Part shown: positions 49,582 to 60,345 of the stretch, in pieces | Layout of the letters: each line of letters begins with the position of its first letter | How positions within the stretch are numbered: position 1 is the stretch's first letter | Origin: Rhodoluna sp. | Lineage (GTDB): Bacteria; Actinomycetota; Actinomycetes; Actinomycetales; Microbacteriaceae | Assembly (NCBI GenBank): GCA_044345815.1 | Contig: JBIJAI010000004.1 | Coordinates: forward strand, 2,585 to 66,584 | Reading direction: 5' to 3' | Length of the DNA stretch: 64,000 nt | Translations under genes and position numbers: made by a program | Notes under the pieces: model-generated | Told to the model about the DNA's origin: nothing | Seen by the model: only the letters and a program-made list of their open reading frames with translations | The model's database searches: none

Positions 49582-51240
49582 GTGACTCCAGCAGAACTAG
49601 CTGTAGCCATTCGACGCATCTTGGAACAGATGCAAGCCGATGGCTCGCTAGGAGCGGCCGAATTGCCAGCTGAGATTGTGGTTGAGCGTCCAAGAAATCG
49701 CGAGCACGGTGATTGGGCAACTAACGCCGCCATGCAACTTGCTGGATTGTTTGGGCTAAACCCGAGAGCGTTCGCTGAGCTACTGGCTCCGAGGATCGAA
49801 ACTCTAGATGAGGTGTCAAAGGTCGATATCGCAGGTCCAGGATTTATCAACATCACTTTGAATTTGGCAAGTGCTGGAGCACTAGCCAAAACCATAGTTG
49901 AGGCAGGTGCAAGCTACGGTAAGGGCGAAACCCTCAAGGGACTCAAGATGAATCTTGAGTTCGTTTCAGCCAACCCAACCGGACCGATTCACATGGGTGG
50001 AACTCGCTGGGCTGCCGTTGGAGATTCGCTAGCACGAGTTTTGGCATTCCAGGGTGCTGCGGTTACTCGCGAGTACTACTTCAATGACCACGGTGAGCAG
50101 ATTGACCGTTTTGCTAGATCTCTATTGGCTCGCGCCAAAGGGTTGCCCGCCCCGGAGGATGGCTACGGAGGTCAATACATCGAGCAAATTGCAAACGCTG
50201 TAATGGCCAAATCTTCAAAAGACATTTTGACCCTCAGCGACGAGGATGCCCAAGAGGCTTTTAGGGCCGAGGGTGTTGAGCTGATGTTTGGTGAAATCAG
50301 GCAGTCTCTTCACGAGTTCGGTGTTGACTTCGATGTTTACTTCCACGAAAACTCCCTTCACGAGTCCAAGGCAGTTGAGAAGGCAATTGCCCGTCTTCGC
50401 GAACTCGGACACGTCTTCGATGAAGATGGTGCCGTTTGGCTTCGCTCAACTGAGTTTGGTGATGACCGGGACCGAGTAATCATCAAGTCTGACGGCAATG
50501 CTGCCTACATTGCTGGAGACCTTGCTTACTACCTGGATAAGCGTGAGCGTGGATTTGATCGCTGCCTAATCATGCTTGGAGCAGATCATCACGGTTACGT
50601 TCAGCGCATGATGGCGATGTGTGCGGCCTTTGGCGATGAGCCGGGGGTAAATCTAGAAATCCTTATCGGTCAAATGGTGAACCTGCTTCGCGACGGTGAG
50701 CCGGTTCGAATGTCCAAGCGTGCTGGAACTGTTGTCACGATGGAAGACCTAGTTGAAGCTGTTGGGGTTGATGCAGCAAGGTATGCGCTCGCAAGGTCTT
50801 CTTCAAACTCGCAGCTTGATATTGATCTCGCGCAGCTTTCCAAGAAAACCAATGACAACCCCGTGTTTTACGTTCAGTACGCCCATGCCAGAACTCAGCA
50901 GGTTGCTGTAAACGCGAAGAGCATGGGAGTCAATCACTCAAGCTTTGATCCATCACTTCTAAATCACGCTACCGAGACTGATCTTGTTGCCAAGCTCAGT
51001 GAATTACCAAGACTTGCAATTCAAGCCGCTGAGTTTAGAGAGCCACACCGAATCGCAAGATACCTAGAAGAAGTTGCCGGTAGCTATCACCGCTGGTACG
51101 ACAACTGTCGAGTGATACCTCTGGCTGACAAGCCAGTCGAACCAATCCACTCCACCAGATTGTGGCTAAATGATGCAGCCGGTGTTGTGCTTCGCAATGG
51201 TTTGAACCTTTTGGGCGTCTCGGCTCCGGAGCGAATGTAA
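49582..51240 (+). CDS. argS: arginine--tRNA ligase
   Basis: [41 protein letters not shown]. Confidence 0.97.
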   Translation: MTPAELAVAIRRILEQMQADGSLGAAELPAEIVVERPRNREHGDWATNAAMQLAGLFGLNPRAFAELLAPRIETLDEVSKVDIAGPGFINITLNLASAGALAKTIVEAGASYGKGETLKGLKMNLEFVSANPTGPIHMGGTRWAAVGDSLARVLAFQGAAVTREYYFNDHGEQIDRFARSLLARAKGLPAPEDGYGGQYIEQIANAVMAKSSKDILTLSDEDAQEAFRAEGVELMFGEIRQSLHEFGVDFDVYFHENSLHESKAVEKAIARLRELGHVFDEDGAVWLRSTEFGDDRDRVIIKSDGNAAYIAGDLAYYLDKRERGFDRCLIMLGADHHGYVQRMMAMCAAFGDEPGVNLEILIGQMVNLLRDGEPVRMSKRAGTVVTMEDLVEAVGVDAARYALARSSSNSQLDIDLAQLSKKTNDNPVFYVQYAHARTQQVAVNAKSMGVNHSSFDPSLLNHATETDLVAKLSELPRLAIQAAEFREPHRIARYLEEVAGSYHRWYDNCRVIPLADKPVEPIHSTRLWLNDAAGVVLRNGLNLLGVSAPERM

Positions 51241-51242
51241 GC

Positions 51243-52658
51243 ATGAGCACTAATCAAGCAAAGTTTGCACCCGAGTGGCTGGTTGAGCCAAAGGATGCAA
51301 ACTACATAGATGGCAAGATTTGGCCGGCTAGTTTGACCAGATCTGCAGCCGGGGATGTTTTGCTTGCTGGCATTCCTGTTGGACAACTCGCCGCTCAGTA
51401 CGGCACGCCTGTGATGCTTATTGACCAGGATGATTTTTTTGCCAGGGGCAGCAAAGTCAAGGGCGCATTTGAGAAGGCAGCGGCTGCAATCGGTTCTAGC
51501 GCGAAGATTTACTATGCGGGCAAGTCACTACTTACTACCGAAGTAGTGAAGTGGATTGATCAGCTTGGGCTAAACCTCGATGTTTCAAGTGGCGGAGAGC
51601 TAGCTCTTGCAATTTCTGGAGGAATCAGTCCTGATCGAATTGGGCTACACGGCAACAACAAGTCACTTTATGAAATCGGTCGCGCTGTCACAGCAGGCGT
51701 AGGCGCGATTGTTATTGACTCTGAAATTGAAATCGAAAGAATTGCTTCCGTTGCCGGAGCTCAGGACAAAGTTCAAGGCGTCCGAATTCGAGTCAATTCT
51801 GGAGTGCACGCTCATACCCATGAGTATCTGGCAACTGCCAGAGAGGACCAGAAATTCGGTATTGCTATCTCTGACGTACCTTCACTGGTTGAGAAGATCC
51901 GATCACATTCGCACTTGAAGTTTCTTGGGTTGCATTCACACATTGGTTCCCAGATTTTCGCGCTCGATGGTTTCATCGAATCTGTCCGTAGATTGCTTCC
52001 ATTGCACAAACAGCTGCTTGCCGGTGGGCCAGTGCCCGAACTAAACATCGGTGGTGGTTTTGGAATCAACTACACGGTGGCTGATGATGCGCCAGCTATT
52101 GAGGTTTTTGCCGATCAGATTTCTCAAGAAGTTGCCAAGGTTTGTGCTGAGCTTGGAATTGAAGTCCCAGTTCTATGCTTTGAGCCCGGCCGAGTTATTT
52201 CGGGCCCAGCTGGAATCACTATTTATAACGTCGGAACAATCAAGGACGTGCAGCTATCGGACGATGGGGCAACTGGAGTAAGAAAATACGTCAGCATCGA
52301 CGGGGGAATGAGCGATAACTTGAGGGCAAGCCTCTACAAGGCGAACTACTCTCCGATTCTTGCCTCCAGGTCCTCAGCTGCAAAACCAGCGCTTTCGCGA
52401 GTGGTTGGTAAGCACTGTGAAAGCGGCGACATTGTTGTTAGAGACTGCTACCTGCCGGAAGACATAAACCCAAATGACCTGGTCGCCGTTGCCGCAACTG
52501 GCGCGTACTGCCACTCACTTGCCAGTAACTACAACTACCTAACTCGCCCTGCGATTGTTGCGGTCAGGGCAGGAAATGCTCAGCTGATTCTTAGAGCAGA
52601 GACTGAAGCCGACATGTTTGCCCGCGACCCTGGCTACTCGGCAGAAAAGACAGGGTAG
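51243..52658 (+). CDS. lysA: diaminopimelate decarboxylase
   Basis: YAGK, HGNNKS, KFG, HSHIGSQ, EPGR, HCESGD, GAY. Confidence 0.95.
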   Translation: MSTNQAKFAPEWLVEPKDANYIDGKIWPASLTRSAAGDVLLAGIPVGQLAAQYGTPVMLIDQDDFFARGSKVKGAFEKAAAAIGSSAKIYYAGKSLLTTEVVKWIDQLGLNLDVSSGGELALAISGGISPDRIGLHGNNKSLYEIGRAVTAGVGAIVIDSEIEIERIASVAGAQDKVQGVRIRVNSGVHAHTHEYLATAREDQKFGIAISDVPSLVEKIRSHSHLKFLGLHSHIGSQIFALDGFIESVRRLLPLHKQLLAGGPVPELNIGGGFGINYTVADDAPAIEVFADQISQEVAKVCAELGIEVPVLCFEPGRVISGPAGITIYNVGTIKDVQLSDDGATGVRKYVSIDGGMSDNLRASLYKANYSPILASRSSAAKPALSRVVGKHCESGDIVVRDCYLPEDINPNDLVAVAATGAYCHSLASNYNYLTRPAIVAVRAGNAQLILRAETEADMFARDPGYSAEKTG

Positions 52659-52664
52659 TTTTGA

Positions 52665-53990
52665 ATGGGTAAGGAATCGAATTTGAGTGAATATCGCCCA
52701 ATCAGGGTCGCATTGCTTGGCGCCGGGTCAGTTGGATCCGAGGTCGCCCGACTTTTGCTTGAGCAAAAAAGTGAACTAGCTGCCCGAGTCGGAGCCGAAC
52801 TTGAACTTGTTGGCGTTGCGGTTAGAGACCTAAAGACCAAACGCAACGGCTTTCCAAAAGAGTTATTGACCACCGACGCCGAGAGTTTGATTCTTGGCGC
52901 TGACATCGTCATTGAAGTCATGGGTGGTCTTCAGCCTGCAAAGGACTACATTCTTCTTGCGCTAAATTCCGGATCCGATGTGATCACCGCCAACAAAGCC
53001 CTTCTTGCAACTCATGGCTCTGAGCTATTCAATGCTGCTGAGCAAGTTGGTGCGCAACTTTACTTCGAGGCTTCGGTTGCAGCCGCTATACCAATCATTC
53101 GCCCGCTTCGTGAATCACTTGCCGGAGACCGAGTCAAAAGAATTATGGGGATCGTAAACGGTTCCACCAACTACATTCTTGACCGGATGGACAAAAGCGG
53201 AATCACACTCGAAGCGGCCATGAAGGAAGCTACCGAACTTGGCTACTTGGAAGCAGATCCTTCACTAGATGTTGACGGGTACGATGCTGCCCAAAAAGCA
53301 GCAATTCTGGCCTCGCTGGCTTTTCACACAGAGGTTCCACTTGAGAAGGTTTATCGCGAGGGAATCACTGGGATAAGTGCGGACCAGATTGCAGCTGCCA
53401 AGCGCGATGGTTTTGTGATCAAGCTTCTTGCTATCTGTGAATTTATTGAGGCAGATGAGTCGGGCCCTGAGGGGGTTTCGGTTCGCGTCTACCCAGCTTT
53501 TGTTCCACGGAGCCACCCACTGGCCTCGGTTGACGGCGCTTACAACGCTGTTTTTGTTGAAGCAGAAGCTGCAGGACGTTTGATGTTTTATGGATCTGGT
53601 GCCGGCGGAACTCAGACTGCTTCCGCAATCTTGGGAGATGTGGTTTCAGCTGCCAAGCGTCACGTCGCTGGCGGTCCGGGGCTTGCAGATTCTATTCATG
53701 CGAACTTCGATGTTCTGGACATGAGTCGAGTAAAGACTCGGTATGTAATCCAGCTAGAAGTTAAGGATCAGCCAGGAGTTTTGGCAAAGATTGCTAGCTT
53801 GTTCTCCGAGCACGGAGTTTCTATCGAAACAGTTGAACAGGCGGTGCTTGGACGTAATCTTGAAACCGCGAGCCTAGAGATCGGAACACACCTAGCAAGC
53901 GATGCAGCTTTAGCAGGTGTGGTCAAGGCGCTGAAGTCCAACGATGCGGTCCAGGCCGTTTCCTCGTTTATTCGAGTTGAGGGTCTGTAA
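52665..53990 (+). CDS. hom: homoserine dehydrogenase
   Basis: LGAGSVG, TANKA, NGSTNYIL, GYLEADP, GAGG, C-terminal ACT domain. Confidence 0.95.
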   Translation: MGKESNLSEYRPIRVALLGAGSVGSEVARLLLEQKSELAARVGAELELVGVAVRDLKTKRNGFPKELLTTDAESLILGADIVIEVMGGLQPAKDYILLALNSGSDVITANKALLATHGSELFNAAEQVGAQLYFEASVAAAIPIIRPLRESLAGDRVKRIMGIVNGSTNYILDRMDKSGITLEAAMKEATELGYLEADPSLDVDGYDAAQKAAILASLAFHTEVPLEKVYREGITGISADQIAAAKRDGFVIKLLAICEFIEADESGPEGVSVRVYPAFVPRSHPLASVDGAYNAVFVEAEAAGRLMFYGSGAGGTQTASAILGDVVSAAKRHVAGGPGLADSIHANFDVLDMSRVKTRYVIQLEVKDQPGVLAKIASLFSEHGVSIETVEQAVLGRNLETASLEIGTHLASDAALAGVVKALKSNDAVQAVSSFIRVEGL

Positions 53991-54023
53991 TGAGAATTGT
54001 GCCTATCGAAAGGGGTGTTTACC

Positions 54024-55115
54024 TTGTTTGGTAAACCAAAGAAAGCTCATCAGTGGCGTGGAGTCATCAATGAATACTTCTCGCGACTTGATGTAGACAA
54101 GAGCACCCCGATCATCACACTTGGCGAAGGTGGCACACCACTTATTGATGCACCCGCACTAGCGAAACTCGTTGGGGCTGACCGCGTCTATTTGAAGTTT
54201 GAAGGCATGAACCCAACCGGTTCATTCAAGGATCGCGGAATGACCGTGGCTGTTTCCAAGGCCGTAGGTCACGGTGCCAAAGCTGTCATTTGTGCATCAA
54301 CTGGAAACACTTCGGCTTCAGCTGCCGCATATGCCGCTGCAGCAGGAATCAAGTCAGTTGTTCTGGTTCCAGAAGGCAAAATCGCACTCGGAAAACTTTC
54401 TCAAGCAGTTGCACACAAAGCTCAGATTCTTCAGGTGCAAGGAAACTTCGATGACTGCCTAACTCTTGCTAGAGATTTGTCGACAAACTATCCGGTGCAC
54501 CTAGTGAACTCTGTGAACCCTGACCGCATCGAAGGTCAGAAAACCGCAGCCTTTGAAGTTGTTGACGCATTGGGTCAGGCACCTGATTTCCACGTGCTTC
54601 CGGTTGGAAACGCTGGAAACTACTCCGCTTACTACAAGGGCTACCAGGAAGATTTCAAGGCTCGCCGCATCAAGGCTTTGCCAAAGATGTACGGCTACCA
54701 AGCTGAGGGATCAGCACCATTTGTTCAGGGCTCTCCAGTAAAGAACCCAGACACCATCGCAACAGCTATCCGAATCGGAAACCCGGCTTCTTGGGACCTG
54801 GCGCAGATTGCCCGAGAGAAATCGCAGGGCAAGTTTGGAGCGGTTTCCGACAAGGAGATTTTGTGGATGCACCGCTTCTTGTCTCAAGAGGTTGGCGTGT
54901 TTGTTGAGCCGAGCTCGGCTACCGGTGCAGCTGGTTTATACAAGGCTTCCCAGACCGGGGAAAGTTTTGCTGGTTCCCTTATTGTTATCACCGTGACCGG
55001 TCATGGACTAAAAGATCCAGGCTGGGCACTGAAGGATGAAGCGGGCAACGAGATCAAACCAGAAGCAGTTTCGACAAATGCTGCTGAGGTAGCAGAAAGA
55101 TTGGGATTGGCCTAA
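54024..55115 (+). CDS. thrC: threonine synthase
   Basis: LGEGGTP, NPTGSFKDRG, ASTGNT, PVGNAGN, TGHGLKDP. TTG start at 54024 after an AGGGG RBS. Confidence 0.95.
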   Translation: MFGKPKKAHQWRGVINEYFSRLDVDKSTPIITLGEGGTPLIDAPALAKLVGADRVYLKFEGMNPTGSFKDRGMTVAVSKAVGHGAKAVICASTGNTSASAAAYAAAAGIKSVVLVPEGKIALGKLSQAVAHKAQILQVQGNFDDCLTLARDLSTNYPVHLVNSVNPDRIEGQKTAAFEVVDALGQAPDFHVLPVGNAGNYSAYYKGYQEDFKARRIKALPKMYGYQAEGSAPFVQGSPVKNPDTIATAIRIGNPASWDLAQIAREKSQGKFGAVSDKEILWMHRFLSQEVGVFVEPSSATGAAGLYKASQTGESFAGSLIVITVTGHGLKDPGWALKDEAGNEIKPEAVSTNAAEVAERLGLA

Positions 55116-55117
55116 AA

Positions 55118-56053
55118 ATGCCAGTAGCTGAAGGAACCGTAGTAAAGGTAAAGGTACCGGCAACATCCGCAAACCTTGGCCCTGGTTTTGACACGCTTGG
55201 AATAGCCCTTGCTTACTACGACGATCTAGAAGTCACTGCCACAAAACCTGGGAGCATCTCGGTTGTCGTAAGCGGCGAAGGCGAAGGCCAAGTTCCACTT
55301 GATGAATCGCACCTTGTGGTTCGCGCCATCCTTGAGACCTTCAAGCGTGTAAAGCAGCCAGCGCCAGGGCTTGCTCTTCGTGCGGTGAACCGCATTCCTC
55401 ACGGACGCGGAATGGGATCATCTGGTGCCGCAGTTGTTTCGGGAATCATGGCGGCCAAGGGATTGCTCACTGGTGTTGCTGAAGTGAGCGACAAGCTAAT
55501 GCTTGATCTTGCAACTGAATTTGAAAACCACCCTGACAACGTTGCCCCTGCACTGTTCGGGGGATTGAGCATTGCATGGGAGGACGAGTCGGGACCGCAC
55601 ACCAAGAAGCTTTCTGTGCATCGCGGAGTATCACCTTTGGTGCTTGTTCCAAGCACCAAGATGTCTACCGAGCTTGCAAGGTCCATGCAGCCTGAATCAG
55701 TACCGCACGCAGATGCAGTCTTCAACGTTTCTAGATCAGCTCTTTTGGTTGCGGCCATGGTTCAGTCCCCGGAACTGCTACTTGCAGCAACCGAAGACAA
55801 GCTTCACCAGAATTACCGCGCGTCGGCCATGCCAGAAACCGATGCGCTGATAAGAGTCCTTCGAAGCAATGGCCACGCTGCCGTGGTTTCTGGGGCAGGA
55901 CCTTCAGTATTGGTACTGGCCAGCGACCCTGCCGAGAGGCTTAAAGCCAAGGAATTAGTGGAAAAGAATTACCCACAGTGGCAACCGCTGCTGTTGGCCG
56001 TGGACAATAAAGGTGCTACGCTAGAGGTACACCAAAAACAAGACGGCAAATAA
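55118..56053 (+). CDS. thrB: homoserine kinase
   Basis: PATSANLGPGFD, PHGRGMGSS, HPDNV, LHQNYR, SGAGP. Confidence 0.96.
   Translation: MPVAEGTVVKVKVPATSANLGPGFDTLGIALAYYDDLEVTATKPGSISVVVSGEGEGQVPLDESHLVVRAILETFKRVKQPAPGLALRAVNRIPHGRGMGSSGAAVVSGIMAAKGLLTGVAEVSDKLMLDLATEFENHPDNVAPALFGGLSIAWEDESGPHTKKLSVHRGVSPLVLVPSTKMSTELARSMQPESVPHADAVFNVSRSALLVAAMVQSPELLLAATEDKLHQNYRASAMPETDALIRVLRSNGHAAVVSGAGPSVLVLASDPAERLKAKELVEKNYPQWQPLLLAVDNKGATLEVHQKQDGK
55994..56022 (+). promoter_or_regulatory. putative rho promoter embedded in the thrB 3' end
   Basis: TTGGCC (55994-99), 17 nt spacer, extended -10 TG-c-TACGCT (56017-22). Confidence 0.6.
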
Positions 56054-56178
56054 GCGTCAAATCTAGGTGCAATCCCCGCAGAAACTAACTGCGATACCAC
56101 GCGATTCAAATCGTGGTGGCGATAATCAGGTCTTTTAGGGTCGATTATCTAAACACTCAAGAAAGAGCAATCAAATAA

Positions 56179-57702
56179 ATGGATGAAATCCAAGACAACA
56201 AGCCGGTTCGCAAATCTCGCAGAGCTGTAGCAGAAACAGCCGCTCCAGCAGAGGCAACCGAATCAGCATCAAAAAAGACTCGCACCAGAGGCTCAAAGCA
56301 TGCGGAAGAGAAGTCAGACTCGTCAGAGGCTAAGGCCCCGGGAGAAAACTCTTCAAGCGACTCATCAAGCAGCGAATCTAGCTCAAACTCAGAAGGTGGC
56401 GAACGTCGCAGAAACCGTGACTTTGACGACGAGCGACGTGGCGGTGGCCGCAACTCCCGAAACCGCAACCGCTACCGTGATCGTGACCGTGGAAGACGCG
56501 GTGGAAACGGCAATGACCGCGAAGAAGCCGAACCAGAGATTTCTCCAGATGATGTTCTAATCAGCGTTGCTGGAATCCTCGACGTTTTGGATAACTACGC
56601 ATTTGTTCGCACCTCCGGCTACCTTCCAGGTCCAAACGACGTTTATGTTTCCCTAGGTCAGGTAAAGAAGTACGGACTTAGAAAAGGTGACGCCGTAGTT
56701 GGTGCCATCCGTCAGCCTCGCGAAGGCGAAGGCCAGGGCCGTCAGAAGTTCAACGCTCTAGTACGCGTTGATTCTGTCAACGGACTCGATCAGGATGCTT
56801 CGACCGAGCGCGTCGAGTTTGGAAAGCTAACGCCGCTTTACCCTCAGACCAGACTCCGTCTAGAAACTGAGCCGAACAAGCTATCAACTCGAATCATTGA
56901 CCTCGTAGCCCCGATTGGTAAGGGTCAGCGTGGATTGATCGTTTCTCCTCCAAAGGCAGGTAAGACCCTGGTTCTTCAGGCAATTGCTAACGCAATCGCA
57001 ACCAACAACCCAGAGGTTCACCTAATGGTTGTGCTGGTTGATGAGCGTCCTGAGGAAGTTACCGACATGCAGCGCACAGTAAAGGGTGAAGTTATTGCTT
57101 CTACTTTCGACCGTCCAGCAGAAGATCACACCACAGTTGCCGAGCTTGCAATTGAGCGCGCTAAGCGTCTAGTTGAGCTAGGCCACGATGTGGTTGTGCT
57201 TTTGGACTCGATTACTCGCCTTGGTCGCGCATACAACCTGAGCGCTCCAGCCTCGGGACGAATTCTTTCCGGTGGTGTTGATTCCTCAGCGCTTTATCCA
57301 CCAAAGCGTTTCTTTGGTGCTGCTAGAAACATCGAAGACGGCGGATCGTTGACAATCCTTGCAACTGCTTTGGTTGAGACTGGATCCAAGATGGACGAGG
57401 TTATCTTCGAAGAGTTCAAGGGAACTGGAAACATGGAACTTCGCTTGTCTCGCTCACTTGCCGACAAGAGAATCTTCCCAGCGGTAGATCTAAACGCTTC
57501 CGGTACCAGACGCGAAGAGATGCTAATGAACCCAGACGAGACCAAGATCATTTGGAAGCTCCGTCGTGCACTTGCCGGTCTAGAGCAGCAGCAGGCCCTT
57601 GAGCTTGTGTTGAACCGTCTGAAAGAGACCTCAAGCAACGTTGAGTTCCTAATGCAGGTTCAAAAGTCCATGCCGATTCCATCAGGTTCCGACGGAGAAT
57701 AA
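56179..57702 (+). CDS. rho: transcription termination factor Rho
   Basis: [55 protein letters not shown]; low-complexity N-terminus. Confidence 0.97.
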   Translation: MDEIQDNKPVRKSRRAVAETAAPAEATESASKKTRTRGSKHAEEKSDSSEAKAPGENSSSDSSSSESSSNSEGGERRRNRDFDDERRGGGRNSRNRNRYRDRDRGRRGGNGNDREEAEPEISPDDVLISVAGILDVLDNYAFVRTSGYLPGPNDVYVSLGQVKKYGLRKGDAVVGAIRQPREGEGQGRQKFNALVRVDSVNGLDQDASTERVEFGKLTPLYPQTRLRLETEPNKLSTRIIDLVAPIGKGQRGLIVSPPKAGKTLVLQAIANAIATNNPEVHLMVVLVDERPEEVTDMQRTVKGEVIASTFDRPAEDHTTVAELAIERAKRLVELGHDVVVLLDSITRLGRAYNLSAPASGRILSGGVDSSALYPPKRFFGAARNIEDGGSLTILATALVETGSKMDEVIFEEFKGTGNMELRLSRSLADKRIFPAVDLNASGTRREEMLMNPDETKIIWKLRRALAGLEQQQALELVLNRLKETSSNVEFLMQVQKSMPIPSGSDGE

Positions 57703-58778
57703 TGCTTGATTCAGTCCAGCCCCTGCTGGCTGAGCACGCCTCGCTTCAGGAGCAGTTATCTGATGCAGCAGTGCATCAGAATCCAGCTTTGGCGAAGAAG
57801 CTAAACCGTCGCTATGCCGAGGTAAGCGCAATTGTTGCTGCCTACCATCAGGTAGTTGAGCTAAACGAAGACTTAGCTGCAACTAAGGAACTTGCAAAAG
57901 AAGACGAAGCATTTGCCAGTGAACTACCCGGCGTTGAGCAGAAACTCCAGGAAGCTAACGAAAAGCTTCGAAGACTGCTTATCCCAAGAGATCCCGATGA
58001 CGGGCGAGATGTCATCATGGAAATCAAAGCCGGTGAGGGCGGAGCTGAGTCAGCTTTGTTCGCGGCTGATCTTTTGCGGATGTACATCCAGTACTCCAAC
58101 TCCAAGGGTTGGAAGACCGAGATTTTGGACAAGAACGAATCTGATCTTGGTGGCTATAAAGACGTCCAGCTAGCAATCAAGGGAAATTCCAATGATCCTG
58201 CCCAAGGTGTGTGGGCTCACTTGAAGTACGAAGGTGGAGTTCATCGCGTCCAGCGAGTTCCGGTGACCGAAACTCAAGGTCGCATCCACACATCAGCTGC
58301 TGGCGTATTGGTGTTTCCTGAAGTAGATGAGCCTGAAGAAGTAGAAATTAGTCAGAACGAAATCCGAATTGACGTGTTCCGCTCTTCCGGTCCTGGCGGA
58401 CAGTCGGTAAACACCACAGACTCTGCTGTTCGAATCACACACATTCCAACTGGAATCGTCGTTTCCATGCAGAACGAGAAGTCGCAGCTGCAGAACCGGG
58501 AAGCCGCGATGCGCGTGCTTCGTGCAAGACTTTTGGCGGCTAAGCAGGAAGCTATTGATGCTGAGCAGTCTGCTGCCAGAAAATCTCAAGTTCGATCAGT
58601 TGACCGGTCAGAACGAATTAGGACTTACAACTTTCCTGAAAACCGCATTGCTGATCACCGCACCGGTTACAAGTCGTACAACCTAGACCAGGTAATGGAT
58701 GGTGCCCTCGAGCCGGTCGTACAGTCAGCAATTCAAACTGACGAAGAAGCCAGACTGGCAGCACTGGGAGAAAAGTAA
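57702..58778 (+). CDS. prfA: peptide chain release factor 1
   Basis: [16 protein letters not shown] (PxT), GPGGQ, RTYNFP. Confidence 0.97.
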   Translation: MLDSVQPLLAEHASLQEQLSDAAVHQNPALAKKLNRRYAEVSAIVAAYHQVVELNEDLAATKELAKEDEAFASELPGVEQKLQEANEKLRRLLIPRDPDDGRDVIMEIKAGEGGAESALFAADLLRMYIQYSNSKGWKTEILDKNESDLGGYKDVQLAIKGNSNDPAQGVWAHLKYEGGVHRVQRVPVTETQGRIHTSAAGVLVFPEVDEPEEVEISQNEIRIDVFRSSGPGGQSVNTTDSAVRITHIPTGIVVSMQNEKSQLQNREAAMRVLRARLLAAKQEAIDAEQSAARKSQVRSVDRSERIRTYNFPENRIADHRTGYKSYNLDQVMDGALEPVVQSAIQTDEEARLAALGEK

Positions 58779-59630
58779 TTGCTTATCTCGGAAGCTTTGG
58801 AATTAGCTACCGATAAGTTCTCTGCGGCCGGGATTTTGTCCCCAAGTGTTGATGCTGAGCTGCTGGCCTGTTTCATTCTTGAAATTGATAGATCAGAGCT
58901 AACACTGCTAGCAATTGGAAGCCAATCTTTTCCTGAAAATAAACTGCCTGAATTTCTGGAAGCTGTGCAAAGGCGCGAAAAGCGCGAGCCACTTCAACAC
59001 ATCACTGGATCTGCGCCATTTCGACACCTAGAGCTAGAGGTTGGACCTGGCGTGTTTATTCCGCGTCCAGAAACTGAACAATTAGTTGAACTGGCGATGG
59101 AGAAAATCCAGTCGGTCAGCAATCCTCTGATTGTTGACCTTTGTTCTGGAAGTGGTGCAATCGCCATCTCACTGAGCACAGAGCTTGACTCTTCAACCGT
59201 TTATGCAGTTGAGCTATCAAAGGAAGCCTTTGAATATTTGACTCGCAATTTCCAAAAGTATGGTCTCGACATTAGGAAATTGAAAAACGAGAATCTGACT
59301 ACAGCTCTAGATGAACTTCAGGGCAAGGTTGACCTAGTTGTATCGAATCCACCCTATATTCCAGATGCCGCTGTACCGATTGATCTCGAAGTTAAACTTC
59401 ACGATCCAAGCGCTGCCCTTTACGGGGGAGAAGATGGGTTGGACGTAATTCGTGAAATATCAACTCGGGCTCTGTATCTTCTTAGCCCAGGTGGCTACTT
59501 AGTGCTAGAACATGCCAACACTCAGGCCCCTGCAATCGGTGAACTACTATTGAGTCAAGGCTGGCAGGAAATTGTTTCTAGTCAGGACCTAACCGGCAAA
59601 AACCGGATGATTTCGGCAGTAAGACCTTAG
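58779..59630 (+). CDS. prmC: release factor glutamine N5-methyltransferase
   Basis: EPLQHITG, FIPRPETE, DLCSGSG, SNPPY. Confidence 0.95.
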   Translation: MLISEALELATDKFSAAGILSPSVDAELLACFILEIDRSELTLLAIGSQSFPENKLPEFLEAVQRREKREPLQHITGSAPFRHLELEVGPGVFIPRPETEQLVELAMEKIQSVSNPLIVDLCSGSGAIAISLSTELDSSTVYAVELSKEAFEYLTRNFQKYGLDIRKLKNENLTTALDELQGKVDLVVSNPPYIPDAAVPIDLEVKLHDPSAALYGGEDGLDVIREISTRALYLLSPGGYLVLEHANTQAPAIGELLLSQGWQEIVSSQDLTGKNRMISAVRP

Positions 59631-59655
59631 CGGCAGAGACAATAGGCGGTGTTAA

Positions 59656-60342
59656 GTGGAGCGAATCTACGACTGTTCTCTCGACACTGATTTATTGACC
59701 GGCATGAGACTCGCAAAAGCCGCTCTCGGAAGAAAAGAATTAGCGGTAATTCCAACCGATACTGTTTACGGCTTGGCGTGCGATGCCTTCTCGCACGAAG
59801 GCGTCAAGAAACTGCTCGAAACTAAAGGACGAGACAGACAGTCACCGCCACCGGTCCTAATTGGAAACACAGCAGCGCTGGATGGGTTGGCTCAACAGGT
59901 TCCGCAGCTAGCTCACAAACTTGCCCAGACTTTTTGGCCTGGAGCCTTAACAATGATTTTGCAGGCTCAGCCTTCACTGACCTGGGACCTAGGGGAAACC
60001 AAAGGAACAGTCGCACTACGCATGCCTGATCACAAAATTGCATTGGCGCTGCTGCAGGAAACTGGACCGCTTGCAGTGTCGAGTGCAAACCTAACTGGCG
60101 AGCCAGCGGCCACAACCTGCCAGCAGGCCGAGAAGGCTCTCGGATCCAAAGTGAAGATTTACCTCGATGGTGGAGCAAGCCCGAAGGGTGAGGCCTCAAC
60201 AATTGTTGATATGACCGATTTGGTCGACTCTGTTTCTGATTCAGGTGAAATCGTTACAACCGGCAAGGCTAAAATTCTTAGACGTGGAGCCCTTAGTAAA
60301 GAGAAACTGGCGACGGTTCTCGGTGAATTTTTGGAGGGTTAG
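59656..60342 (+). CDS. tsaC: L-threonylcarbamoyladenylate synthase (Sua5/YrdC)
   Basis: PTDTVYG, KGR, WPGALT, SSAN, STIVD. Confidence 0.92.
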   Translation: MERIYDCSLDTDLLTGMRLAKAALGRKELAVIPTDTVYGLACDAFSHEGVKKLLETKGRDRQSPPPVLIGNTAALDGLAQQVPQLAHKLAQTFWPGALTMILQAQPSLTWDLGETKGTVALRMPDHKIALALLQETGPLAVSSANLTGEPAATTCQQAEKALGSKVKIYLDGGASPKGEASTIVDMTDLVDSVSDSGEIVTTGKAKILRRGALSKEKLATVLGEFLEG

Positions 60343-60345
60343 AGC

